Positions 47,441 through 57,178 of a DNA stretch of 64,000 nt are shown one piece after another. Source of the stretch: Clostridia bacterium (GTDB lineage Bacteria > Bacillota > Clostridia > UMGS1883); assembly GCA_017505525.1 (NCBI GenBank), contig JAFVPB010000015.1:26-64025 (forward strand). The letters run 5' to 3'. The notes beneath the pieces are model-generated. The model saw only the letters and a list, made by a program, of their open reading frames with translations. It searched no databases and was not told the origin of the DNA. A program made the position numbers and the translations under genes. Position 1 is the stretch's first letter. Each line of letters opens with the position of its first letter.

Positions 47441-48700
47441 TTAATTGTTATAAATGACGTTGGGATGCTCCATATTTCCTGTGTTGTTATTAAATATACA
47501 ATTATTAAAAACAATGCTTTTTGTTCCAAAATCAGTTATGTCTTTAAATTTGTTATCACTAAAATCGCAGTTTGTAAAGGTTATTTCAGATGGATAGTCT
47601 TCCCAATCCAGTGTGCTGATAAATCCCGACCACTCCGCACATTCTATATTACGAATAATACAATCGGCGCATTTTATAACGGAACTGTCAATTCTTAAAA
47701 AACCGCCGAAGTGGACGCTGTCGGAAAACTCTGTTCCATTTACAATAGCTGAAGAATTGTATAACCATATTCCTGAATACGTACAATCATATATTCTGCC
47801 GCCCGATACATTTAAGTATTTAACTCCATCTCCAAATATGCCCACTGCTCCGCAACCGTATAAATTGCAGTTTTCCACTTTTATACTATCGCATATATTA
47901 AATCTTACCACACTGCCTTCACATTCATATTCTTCAAGGCTTGTTGTATGCCCTATTGTTAAGCCTGACAGCGTAATCTTACCACACTTTTCAAATCTTA
48001 AAACGTCTGCCATCTTATCATCTGTAACAATCTCGGCGTTACCCTCAATAGTCATATTAACAACATTTTTAATAACATAGCTGTCAAGATATGTTCCATC
48101 GTAGTCAGGCTGCTTTTCAACGTGTTCGTTATTAACCTCTTTTAAGCCTGACAGATTATAATAATCCGATGTAAGCACTATTTTTTTATTGCTTCCTATA
48201 GCATTCAACAACTCAACAGGCGTGGCAACATACACCGTTGTTTGCACTGAACTTTCTTTAGTATAGTCAATATAATCACTGTAAATATTAATGGTTTTCA
48301 TATTTTCATCCCATTTTACCTCACTATTGAGGACCTCGGATACTGCTCTTAATGGAATTAAAGTTCTTCCTTCAACAATCATCGCAGGACAATCCAATTC
48401 AACTTGTCCTGAAAACGTATCCATCAATAAAGCTCCTATGGTTACAGACACATAATTTCTTCCCTTAACGGCTTTTGCAGTTTTTGTAGCGTTATCCCAT
48501 GAAACCTCAGCACCTATTTTTTCAAATATTGCTCTCATCGGAACCATAGTACTGTTATTTACTATCATCGGCTCCACATCAAACTTAATTTTTTTATTGT
48601 TCATATATACGCTTACAGGGGTGTTTGCAGCTGCGCATAACGAAAAGAACAATATAATCACAACAGAAAGAATGATAGATATAAATCCGCTTTTTTTCAT
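47441..48700 (-). CDS. secreted protein with two N-terminal copper-amine-oxidase-N-like (stalk) domains and a right-handed beta-helix-like region
   Basis: Signal peptide, then 'VPMRAIFEKIGAEVSWDNATKTAKAVKG' and 'IPLRAVSEVLNSEVKWDENMKTINIY'. The C-terminus is Cys/Asn/Gly-rich with repeats, as in parallel beta-helices. Confidence 0.55.
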   Translation of the reverse strand: MKKSGFISIILSVVIILFFSLCAAANTPVSVYMNNKKIKFDVEPMIVNNSTMVPMRAIFEKIGAEVSWDNATKTAKAVKGRNYVSVTIGALLMDTFSGQVELDCPAMIVEGRTLIPLRAVSEVLNSEVKWDENMKTINIYSDYIDYTKESSVQTTVYVATPVELLNAIGSNKKIVLTSDYYNLSGLKEVNNEHVEKQPDYDGTYLDSYVIKNVVNMTIEGNAEIVTDDKMADVLRFEKCGKITLSGLTIGHTTSLEEYECEGSVVRFNICDSIKVENCNLYGCGAVGIFGDGVKYLNVSGGRIYDCTYSGIWLYNSSAIVNGTEFSDSVHFGGFLRIDSSVIKCADCIIRNIECAEWSGFISTLDWEDYPSEITFTNCDFSDNKFKDITDFGTKSIVFNNCIFNNNTGNMEHPNVIYNN

Positions 48701-48947
48701 TTTTATTCTCCTTAATATTATGTTTTCCGCTATATACAGTGAAAGTCCGCCAGCATAGAATTTGCGGTCTTGCCATTTCTCTTCAGTTTTATTCTATCAT
48801 TATATTTCTTTACTTTCAATATTTTTCTTTATTTAAAACGGTTTAATTGTAATAAATATGAATAATTTCAAAATTTATGTAAAACGACTTGTAAAATAGT
48901 TATTATTAATGTATAATAAACAAGAATAAAAAAGGAATGGTTTCTAT

Positions 48948-49559
48948 ATGTTTAAAAAATTCTTGAATTATTATAAATGGCAAATTATCTTTTTCATTTT
49001 AATATTTATATGCGGTATGTTTGTTTTATCGAAAACAACTGTAACTTTTCCTGCTGATTTGCGCATTGCCTACACCAGCACCCACTACCTGAATTCTCAA
49101 ACCTTTAACGATAATAAGTCGGAAATTGAAATGCTTCTTAACGAGGCAACAAACGACGATAAAAAGGTTGCAACAATCAAAACCTTTTCAAGCGACAATA
49201 TAGATGAAGTGAAAAACAAGCTCAGGCAATACGTTAAATCCGATGTTTACGATATCTACATTGCTTCCAAACAGGCATTTGATGCAATTGAAGATAAATC
49301 TGTTTTTATTGATGTCTCGCGATATGAATCCCAGATTATAAAGCGCGATACCATGCTCGAAGATTCATCAGGCCGTGCTTATGCGGTACCTCTTGAGGGA
49401 AATACTATTATCGAACTCTTGGGAGGAACCGATACAAAAGGGCTTTATATTGCCGCAGCAGCTGAAAAAGGCGAAGAGGATGAAATATCGGCTTTTCGCA
49501 AAAACGGCATAAATATCTGCGGATATATAATAGAAAACAAAGATAAATATAATTACTAA
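48948..49559 (+). CDS. hypothetical membrane-anchored protein
   Basis: N-terminal TM helix; no other motif recognised. Confidence 0.3.
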   Translation: MFKKFLNYYKWQIIFFILIFICGMFVLSKTTVTFPADLRIAYTSTHYLNSQTFNDNKSEIEMLLNEATNDDKKVATIKTFSSDNIDEVKNKLRQYVKSDVYDIYIASKQAFDAIEDKSVFIDVSRYESQIIKRDTMLEDSSGRAYAVPLEGNTIIELLGGTDTKGLYIAAAAEKGEEDEISAFRKNGINICGYIIENKDKYNY

Positions 49560-49574
49560 GAAAGGATGATTTAA

Positions 49575-49907
49575 ATGTTAACAGCTTTTGCAACCAACGC
49601 ACAAAATGCTACAGAAAATGCTACACAGCAGCCCCCGGGAGGCGGCGGAATGATTTTAATAATGTATGCAATAATATTTATTGTATTTTATTTTATTCTT
49701 ATCCGTCCTCAGAAAAAACGCCAGAAGCAGCTTGCAAATATGATCGACGCTCTTCAGATTAACGACGAAGTTGTAACAGCAGGCGGAATCAAAGGCAAAA
49801 TAGCCTCAATCAAAGAAGATACCGTTGTTATTGAAACAGGCGCCGACAAGGTAAAAATCGTATTTGAAAAAAGTGCTATTTCAAAAGTGCTCACAATCCA
49901 CGAATAA
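49575..49907 (+). CDS. yajC: preprotein translocase subunit YajC
   Basis: Single TM helix plus 'LIRPQKKRQKQ' and 'GDEVVTAGGIKGKI', typical of YajC. It lies upstream of secDF. Confidence 0.85.
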   Translation: MLTAFATNAQNATENATQQPPGGGGMILIMYAIIFIVFYFILIRPQKKRQKQLANMIDALQINDEVVTAGGIKGKIASIKEDTVVIETGADKVKIVFEKSAISKVLTIHE

Positions 49908-49949
49908 AGTAAAACACCTTCGAATATTATAGTTCGGAGGTGTTTTATT

Positions 49950-50321
49950 TTGAAAACAACAATTTCTTTTAAAAGCTACATATCCGCTCTTTTATTATCA
50001 CTTGCAATCACTCTTCTTATTTTAGCAGTCCTTTCGGCACTATTTACCTTTTTTAATGTAAGCGAAAAAATAATTAACCTTTCCCCCACAATATTATTTT
50101 TCTTTTCCTCTTTTCTTTCAGGTTTTTTTGCTTCAAGAAAAACGCGACGCGCAGGATGGCTTACTGGAATTATTGCCTCTTTTTTCTATAGTATTATTGT
50201 TTTACTCCTTTCTATAATTTTTTCATCAGGCGCCCCCACGCCTACAAGCGCTTTAAAAACAGTTCTTTATTCTCTTCCTTTTGGAATATTTGGCGGTATT
50301 TTAGGGATAAACTCTAAATAA
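49950..50321 (+). CDS. hypothetical integral membrane protein
   Basis: 123 aa with four predicted TM helices. Confidence 0.4.
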   Translation: MKTTISFKSYISALLLSLAITLLILAVLSALFTFFNVSEKIINLSPTILFFFSSFLSGFFASRKTRRAGWLTGIIASFFYSIIVLLLSIIFSSGAPTPTSALKTVLYSLPFGIFGGILGINSK

Positions 50322-50372
50322 CTATTGACTATTTTCCATATTTTTAATATAATAACAATGTTATGATTTTTT

Positions 50373-50726
50373 ATGGGATGTGAGGGAATGAAGCACAAGC
50401 GTTTTTTGGCTATAGCTGTTTTATCAGTAATATTCTTCAGCACGCTTACTCTAGTGCCTCATATGGAAAGCAAGGCAACAAACGCCTGTTTAAACTTTGT
50501 TTCAACAGACATTGCCTGCACTCTCGCAAGCGATAATGTCGAATCCGATTGTGAATTTAAAAAGATAAGAACTTCACCTTTTTCACTGAAAAAAGGAAAA
50601 ACAGAATTTCTTGTTCCGTTTAAAAGCACACATATTTTAACACAATCTGCTTTTTTAATCACACTAAAAAATGCAGATTCCCCTACGGACAAGCTTATTG
50701 AAAATATAAATTCAAGAGCTCCCTGA
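50373..50726 (+). CDS. hypothetical secreted protein
   Basis: Signal-peptide-like N-terminus; no other motif. Confidence 0.3.
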   Translation: MGCEGMKHKRFLAIAVLSVIFFSTLTLVPHMESKATNACLNFVSTDIACTLASDNVESDCEFKKIRTSPFSLKKGKTEFLVPFKSTHILTQSAFLITLKNADSPTDKLIENINSRAP

Positions 50727-50778
50727 TATTATTTGTTATCCCATTACAATCTTTCAAAATATTTAAGGAGGAAAACCA

Positions 50779-52092
50779 ATGAAAGCAAAAAATCTTATTT
50801 CATTTTTGCTGGTTATAGTGCTTATCGCAGTATTTTCATACGTGGCATTATTTGATTTTAAAATCGGCAATATTGAAGTTCCCAGCACTTTCGACAAAGA
50901 GAAAGGCATTAAGCAGGGTCTCGACCTTGTAGGCGGTTCAATTATAGTATTTGAGCCCGATGTAAAAGACCTCAGCAAGGTAACAAACGAGGAGATGGGC
51001 AGTGCAGAAAGCATTATCCGTGCCCGCCTTGATGCTGCAGGCTACAACGAAGCAACAATTTCCCGTCAGGGTGCAACAGGAATCCGCATCGAAATTCCTA
51101 ATATCGACGATCCTCAGGAAGCCGTTAAAATGATCGGTGCAACAGCAAAGCTTGAATTCCTTGATGCCGATGAAAAAGTAATTATGGACGGTTCAAAGAA
51201 GTATATCTCAGGTGCAAAAAGCATCTACGGACCAATTTCTGAAACATCAGGAAACGTATACTATGTTCAGCTTTCATTCAAGAAAGACGGACAGGCTAAG
51301 TTTAAAGAAGCTACAGAAAAAGCTGTGGCACGCGTGGGCGAAAACAAAAACTTTATAAGCATCGCACTCGACGGAAAGGTGCAGATGAGCCCCACAGTTA
51401 ACGAAGTAATCAACAGCAACAGCTGTGTTATCACAGGCGATTACGACCAGGAGGGTGCCGACAAGGTTGCAAACCTTATCAACTCAGGTCAGCTTCCTTT
51501 CTCACTTAAGGATTCAGAGCTCAGAAGTGTTGGTCCAACACTTGGTTCAAAAGCACTTTCAACATCTCTTAAGGCAGCACTTATCGGCATAATTCTTGTT
51601 ATGCTCTTCATGCTTATAGTATACCGTCTGCCCGGTCTTATTGCTGATATATCACTTGTTGCATATATCGCACTTGTAACCCTTATTATGGCAGGCTTCT
51701 TCTTCACAGATTTCCGCGTAACACTCACTCTTCCCGGTATTGCCGGTGTAATTCTTTCAATTGGTATGGCAGTTGACGCAAACGTTGTTATATTTGAAAG
51801 AATTAAAGATGAACTTCGCAGCGGAAAGAGCGTTGGTGCAAGCGTAAATGCAGGCTTCAAGCGTGCTCTTACAGCCGTTATCGATTCTAACATCACAACT
51901 ATTATTGCTGCAGTTGTGCTTTATTTCTTTGGCACAGGTACAGTTAAGGGCTTTGCTGTAACACTGTTTATCGGTATTGTGATAAGCATGCTCACTGCCG
52001 TTACACTCACAAAGTTCTTACTTAAGCAGACAATTGGATTTGGTATAAAGAATCCCGCACTTTACGGATTATCAAAAAGGAGGGATGCATAA
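50779..52092 (+). CDS. secD: protein translocase subunit SecD
   Basis: GGAGGA RBS, N-terminal TM helix plus periplasmic domain, and a C-terminal 6-TM SecD region. Confidence 0.9.
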   Translation: MKAKNLISFLLVIVLIAVFSYVALFDFKIGNIEVPSTFDKEKGIKQGLDLVGGSIIVFEPDVKDLSKVTNEEMGSAESIIRARLDAAGYNEATISRQGATGIRIEIPNIDDPQEAVKMIGATAKLEFLDADEKVIMDGSKKYISGAKSIYGPISETSGNVYYVQLSFKKDGQAKFKEATEKAVARVGENKNFISIALDGKVQMSPTVNEVINSNSCVITGDYDQEGADKVANLINSGQLPFSLKDSELRSVGPTLGSKALSTSLKAALIGIILVMLFMLIVYRLPGLIADISLVAYIALVTLIMAGFFFTDFRVTLTLPGIAGVILSIGMAVDANVVIFERIKDELRSGKSVGASVNAGFKRALTAVIDSNITTIIAAVVLYFFGTGTVKGFAVTLFIGIVISMLTAVTLTKFLLKQTIGFGIKNPALYGLSKRRDA

Positions 52093-52967
52093 TGTTTTCA
52101 CCGGTAGCTAACAGAAAAAAATTCTTTATAATTTCTTCAATACTCGTAGTTATAAGCATTATACTTCTTTTCGTTAAAGGCCTCAACTTCGGTATCGACT
52201 TCACAGGCGGTACCACACTTCAGTTCGACCTTAACAAAACAAAGTACTCTGCTTCAGTTGAAACCGAAGTACGCGATATTGTTAAAAAGCACGTTAAAAC
52301 AAACGATATTACCATCCAGAAAACTGGCGAAAATGGTATCAGCGTAAAAACAGTTGAGCTTACAAACGAACAGAGCGATAAGATTATCGACGATGTGAAA
52401 AAGGAATTCAATCTTAAACAAAAGCACGTGCTTGCAAATGATAAGGTAAGCGGTACAGTAAGCGGACGCCTCATCGGCGATTCTCTTAAGGCAATCTTAC
52501 TTGCTATAATCCTTATGCTTATCTACATCACTTTCAGATTCGACTTCCAGTCGGGTACAAGTGCTGTTTTAGCTCTCGCTCACGACGTTATCATTATGCT
52601 TGGTTTCTATTCACTCTTTGGTCTTAATGTAAACACAAGCTTCATTGCAGCAATCTTAACCATCCTTGGTTATTCAATCAATGCTACAATTATTGTGTTC
52701 GACCGTGTTCGTGAAAATCAGCGTACAATGAAAAAGGCATCATATGGTGAAATTGCCGACAATGCAATCAAAGCTTCATACCTTCGTGCAATCAACTCTT
52801 CTATTACAACACTCTTAACTATCGGTCTTCTTTACATCTTAGGTGTTGCTTCAATCAAAGAGTTTGCTCTTCCGATTATCGTTGGTATCGTAGCAGGAAC
52901 TTATTCTTCACTCTTCATCGCTGCTCCTTTCTGGGCATGGTGGAAAGACCAGGATAAGAAACAATAA
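52092..52967 (+). CDS. secF: protein translocase subunit SecF
   Basis: Adjacent to secD; the 'GIDFTGGT' motif and 6 TM helices. Confidence 0.9.
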   Translation: MFSPVANRKKFFIISSILVVISIILLFVKGLNFGIDFTGGTTLQFDLNKTKYSASVETEVRDIVKKHVKTNDITIQKTGENGISVKTVELTNEQSDKIIDDVKKEFNLKQKHVLANDKVSGTVSGRLIGDSLKAILLAIILMLIYITFRFDFQSGTSAVLALAHDVIIMLGFYSLFGLNVNTSFIAAILTILGYSINATIIVFDRVRENQRTMKKASYGEIADNAIKASYLRAINSSITTLLTIGLLYILGVASIKEFALPIIVGIVAGTYSSLFIAAPFWAWWKDQDKKQ

Positions 52968-53164
52968 CATAAGTTAATATTTAAAAGCATAAAATACCAC
53001 TGTGGAAACACAGTGGTATTTTTTTGTAAAGCCTTATGTTTTGCCCTCCTTGCCTAAAGGAGGGGGACCGTCAAAGACGGTGGGAGGATTCCTTGGATGT
53101 GTCCAGTCGCAGGCTAACGGCTCCTTCCTTTATGTTGGCAAACCATTATCGCGAGGTGTTTTAT

Positions 53165-53944
53165 TTGAAACGTATTTTTTCCATTGTATTATCCTTATTA
53201 TTCTTGTGTTCCTGTTCTTTTAATGCTACTTTAAAAAGTAGTTCTGAAAGCCTTTCTCTAAGCGAGAAAAAACAGGGCTGGGGTTTTAAAAAAACTGAAA
53301 GCGGCCCTGAATTTACAAGCTCACAAAAAGAAATAATGAAAAAATACAACTGCATATATCACGGAAATCCCGAAGAAAAAGTGCTTTACCTCACATTTGA
53401 CGAGGGGTATGAAAACGGCTATACTCCCCTTATTTTAGATACTCTTAAAGAGAAAGGTGTGCCTGCGGCTTTTTTTGTTACAGGGCCATATGTTAAAAAC
53501 GAACCCGAACTTATTTTAAGAATGGCAAAAGAGGGGCATATTATAGGCAACCACACAGTTAACCATCCCTCTGTCCCCAATATTTCCACCGAAGAGTTGG
53601 TACGCGAACTTTCAGAACTCGACCGCCTTATTTTCGGAGTTTGTAAAAAAACCACAAAATATTTCCGCCCCCCAATGGGCGAATACAGTGAACGTACTCT
53701 GCACGCGGCAACCTCGCTTGGATATATAAACACGTTCTGGTCGTTTGCCTATGTCGACTGGAATAACAACGTTTCAAAAGAAGAAGCCAAAAAAAATATT
53801 TTAAAAGCTTTCCATAACGGAACAGTTATTCTTCTTCACGCAGTTTCACGCGGAAATGCCGAGGCACTCGGCGAAGCTATTGATATTGCAAAAAAAGAGG
53901 GCTATGTCTTCAAAAGTCTCGATGAATATCCCGGGCAAAGATAA
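53165..53944 (+). CDS. polysaccharide deacetylase (NodB-homology, PdaA-like) lipoprotein
   Basis: TTG start after a GAGGTG RBS. Lipobox 'FLCSCS' and NodB motifs 'LTFDEGY' and 'HTVNHP'. Confidence 0.75.
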   Translation: MKRIFSIVLSLLFLCSCSFNATLKSSSESLSLSEKKQGWGFKKTESGPEFTSSQKEIMKKYNCIYHGNPEEKVLYLTFDEGYENGYTPLILDTLKEKGVPAAFFVTGPYVKNEPELILRMAKEGHIIGNHTVNHPSVPNISTEELVRELSELDRLIFGVCKKTTKYFRPPMGEYSERTLHAATSLGYINTFWSFAYVDWNNNVSKEEAKKNILKAFHNGTVILLHAVSRGNAEALGEAIDIAKKEGYVFKSLDEYPGQR

Positions 53945-54115
53945 AATGCACAGACCGCATAAAGTTTCTTCTGTTTTAAAAATTCTTATCGTAGGGCAGG
54001 AGCTTGTTCCTGCCGTAGAAAAATAAATTTTTTTGTGATTTCATCCCTCCGTATAAAACTGCAAAAAAAGCACATCATAAAAAAGCAACTTTATTAATTC
54101 AAAGGAATAAACGTT

Positions 54116-55327
54116 ATGAAGATATTAAAAAAACTTGCAACCGTTTTTTTTGCAGCTACTGTATCGGCATTAATACTATATGCCGATATTCTTTTTTCAT
54201 TCCCGGCTCAAATCACAATGTACCGTGGGCAAAACCATAGCAAAAATATGGGCTCGGGCGTCTTTATAGGAAGCATATCGTCAGATATGAATGTAAGCAG
54301 TTCGGGAGAAAATGTTACCCCCCTCGAAACAGGAACATACGATGCCACGCTCAGCGCACTAAAAACAATTCCCTTTAAAAGCATAAAAATCAATGTTACT
54401 GAACCAAGCTATCTGTATGCCTCTGGAGAATTAATCGGTCTTCGCATTCACAACAAGGGTCTTATCGTTATAGATACCTCTCCAATTGAAACAAATGACA
54501 ACCTCTCATCCCCCGCTGAAAATGCAGGGCTTGAAGCAGGCGATGTAATTCTTGAAATAAACGGCATTGCTGTGCAAAGTTCAGGCGATGTACCCCTCCT
54601 TTTAAAGACTGGAGAATCTGTTTTAACGGTAAACAGAAACAATCGCATCATAAAATTGAAGATAACCCCCGTAACCGACAAAAACGATTCACGCCCCAAG
54701 CTCGGCGTGTGGGTGCGCGACAGTACGGCAGGCGTAGGCACAATGACGTATTATAACCCCGAAACAAATTCGTTCGGCTCGCTCGGGCACTCTATAAGCG
54801 ACAGTGATACGGGAATTATGTTTGATATTTTAAAGGGCACCATCGAAAAAAGCTATGTTGTTTCTTTAAGAAAAGGTGAAAAAGGAAGTCCCGGTGAAAT
54901 CTGCGGTGGTTTTTCTGGCGGAAATATTGCAGGAAATCTTTTAAAGAACTGCGAAGCAGGTGTTTACGGTGTGCTTACTGAAAACGCCGATATTTCGGGC
55001 ACGCTTCTTCCCACCGCCCCGATGAATCAGGTAAAAACGGGAAAGGCACATATTCTTTCAACCGTTGATTCCTCCATTAAAAAATATGAAATCGAAATTC
55101 TTCGCACAATGCCGTTTGGCTCTGCTGCAAAAGGCTTAGTCATAAAAATTACCGACCCTGATTTACTTAAGAAAACAGGCGGTATAATTCAGGGAATGAG
55201 TGGCAGCCCCATCATCCAGAACGGCAAGCTCATCGGCGCCGTAACCCACGTACTCATTAACGACCCCACGCGCGGCTACGGAATATTTATTGAGAATATG
55301 CTTTCAGAAGCAGAGAAAATTAAATAG
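54116..55327 (+). CDS. spoIVB: stage IV sporulation protein B (SpoIVB S55 serine peptidase)
   Basis: PDZ domain 'GLEAGDVILEINGIAV' and the S55 catalytic region '[26 protein letters not shown]'. Confidence 0.85.
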   Translation: MKILKKLATVFFAATVSALILYADILFSFPAQITMYRGQNHSKNMGSGVFIGSISSDMNVSSSGENVTPLETGTYDATLSALKTIPFKSIKINVTEPSYLYASGELIGLRIHNKGLIVIDTSPIETNDNLSSPAENAGLEAGDVILEINGIAVQSSGDVPLLLKTGESVLTVNRNNRIIKLKITPVTDKNDSRPKLGVWVRDSTAGVGTMTYYNPETNSFGSLGHSISDSDTGIMFDILKGTIEKSYVVSLRKGEKGSPGEICGGFSGGNIAGNLLKNCEAGVYGVLTENADISGTLLPTAPMNQVKTGKAHILSTVDSSIKKYEIEILRTMPFGSAAKGLVIKITDPDLLKKTGGIIQGMSGSPIIQNGKLIGAVTHVLINDPTRGYGIFIENMLSEAEKIK

Positions 55328-55415
55328 GTATCATACCCGCCTGTACAAAGCAGGCGGGTCTTTTATATATTAATATGTAAACTGTGACAAAAACTATTCC
55401 ATTCACAATCTAATA

Positions 55416-56165
55416 TTAAAACGCCGCCTTTCTGAACGCAGTTGGCGAAATACCCATATGTTTCTTAAAAAAATTACTGAAATAGAATTCATCATCAAAA
55501 CCGCATAGCATACCCACTCTATGGATGGGCAAGTTGCTATTTACAAGCAAGTCTTCGGCTTTTTGCAATCTCAATTTTAAAACATAGTTATATGGTGAGC
55601 AATTCATTGCACAATAAAACCGTCTGTAAAATTGCGCGTGAGAAAGTTCGCATACATCAGCAAGCTCATCCACATTAATTTTTTTGTTATAATTTTGATT
55701 TATTATTGCAATAGCTTTATTAACTGCTTTATCTTGAGGCTTAACATCAAAATGCGTGATGCCGTTTTCTATATGATGTTGCATAACTATATCGCAAAAT
55801 AGCATCTTTCTGTACATGTGAAGGTCTGTAAACGGTATATTCTCTATTTTATCAAGCAAGTCCAGGGTAGATAATATCCTTTCGGTATTATGAAAAACTA
55901 CCTTTTCATCATTAAAGCACAACATATCCGAATGATATCGGAACAAATACATGGTTACCGGTGTTAAAACTTTCCTTTGATAAAGCACATTACGGCGAAA
56001 CAGGGCTCCCTCATTTTTTTGAACAATTTGTTTTCCCGACGAGCTTTCAAAAGAAAAAGAACCATCTTGCACAAGAACAAAAATATCGTCAGAACCACAG
56101 AATGATTCCATCTGAAAATTTTCCCGAAAAACTTTAACACATACTAAAAGTTTTATGCAATCCAT
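55416..56165 (-). CDS. AraC-family transcriptional regulator
   Basis: C-terminal double HTH 'ELADVCELSHAQFYRRF...HRVGMLCGFDDEFYFSNFFKKHMGISPTAFRK'. Confidence 0.75.
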   Translation of the reverse strand: MDCIKLLVCVKVFRENFQMESFCGSDDIFVLVQDGSFSFESSSGKQIVQKNEGALFRRNVLYQRKVLTPVTMYLFRYHSDMLCFNDEKVVFHNTERILSTLDLLDKIENIPFTDLHMYRKMLFCDIVMQHHIENGITHFDVKPQDKAVNKAIAIINQNYNKKINVDELADVCELSHAQFYRRFYCAMNCSPYNYVLKLRLQKAEDLLVNSNLPIHRVGMLCGFDDEFYFSNFFKKHMGISPTAFRKAAF

Positions 56166-56294
56166 ACACTCCTCCTGATGATACGATTTTATATGTTTAT
56201 GATATAATATTTTATTTACATTGTCAACAGCGCGCTTTATAATGATATAAAATTGTAAATTGTTATTTGTAATACAATAAAAAGAGGTGATATT

Positions 56295-57167
56295 ATGGGC
56301 TACTGTTTTGTGTTTATTTCTTTGCTTGCGGGCTCAACAAAAGGTTTTTTAGGGAAGCTTTTAAGCAAGCATACTTCAAACTATAACAGTTCGGTATTTA
56401 TGAATTTAATAAGAATGCTAATTTGTATTTTTATAGGGTTTGGCATTCTGATAACAGAACCGGCTATAAAGGTGGATACATCCGGTATTATTTTTGGTGT
56501 GCTTGCCGGAATAAGTATATCGGTATTTGTGATAACCTGGCTTTTAGCAATTAAATACGGAGCTTTTATGTTAGTCAGTATTGCCCAAATGTTTGGTGTT
56601 ATTGTTACATTGCTTCTCAGTTTTATTGTTTTCGGTGAAAAGGCATCTGCACAACAGATACTCGGTGTTGTTCTTGTGGTAATCGCTATTTTAATTATGA
56701 TTTCATATAACAACACCACAAAAGGGAAACTTACAAAAACTGCATCAATTTGCCTTTTCCTTTGCGGTCTGTCAAGCGGCTTACTTGATTTTTCGCAAAA
56801 GCTTTTTACTCACTATTCAGAAGGAAGCGTAGCTCTTTTGAACTTTATTACATACGTTTCTGCCACCATTTTGCTGGGTGCATATTTTATTGGTTTTTCC
56901 AGAAAGGATGCATCTGTTCAATATAAGAAGCTTTTTAAGGAAACCTTTTTGGTGATTTTTGCAATGTCAGTCTGTCTGTTTTTAAATTCATATTTCAAAG
57001 CTTTAGCCACCAGATATCTGTCGGCAACCCAAATTTATCCGGTTTATCAGTCCGGCGGTCTGATTTTAAGTGCGTTGATGTCCGCTATCTTTTTTAAAGA
57101 AAAAATTACTAAACGGTGTATACTTGGTATGTGTATTGCGTTTATTGCAATTCTTTTACTGAAATAG
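56295..57167 (+). CDS. 10-TM membrane transporter (GRP/DMT-superfamily sugar-transporter-like)
   Basis: 290 aa with ~10 TM helices in two similar halves. It is adjacent to a glycoside hydrolase. Confidence 0.5.
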   Translation: MGYCFVFISLLAGSTKGFLGKLLSKHTSNYNSSVFMNLIRMLICIFIGFGILITEPAIKVDTSGIIFGVLAGISISVFVITWLLAIKYGAFMLVSIAQMFGVIVTLLLSFIVFGEKASAQQILGVVLVVIAILIMISYNNTTKGKLTKTASICLFLCGLSSGLLDFSQKLFTHYSEGSVALLNFITYVSATILLGAYFIGFSRKDASVQYKKLFKETFLVIFAMSVCLFLNSYFKALATRYLSATQIYPVYQSGGLILSALMSAIFFKEKITKRCILGMCIAFIAILLLK

Positions 57168-57178
57168 GAGGTTAAATT

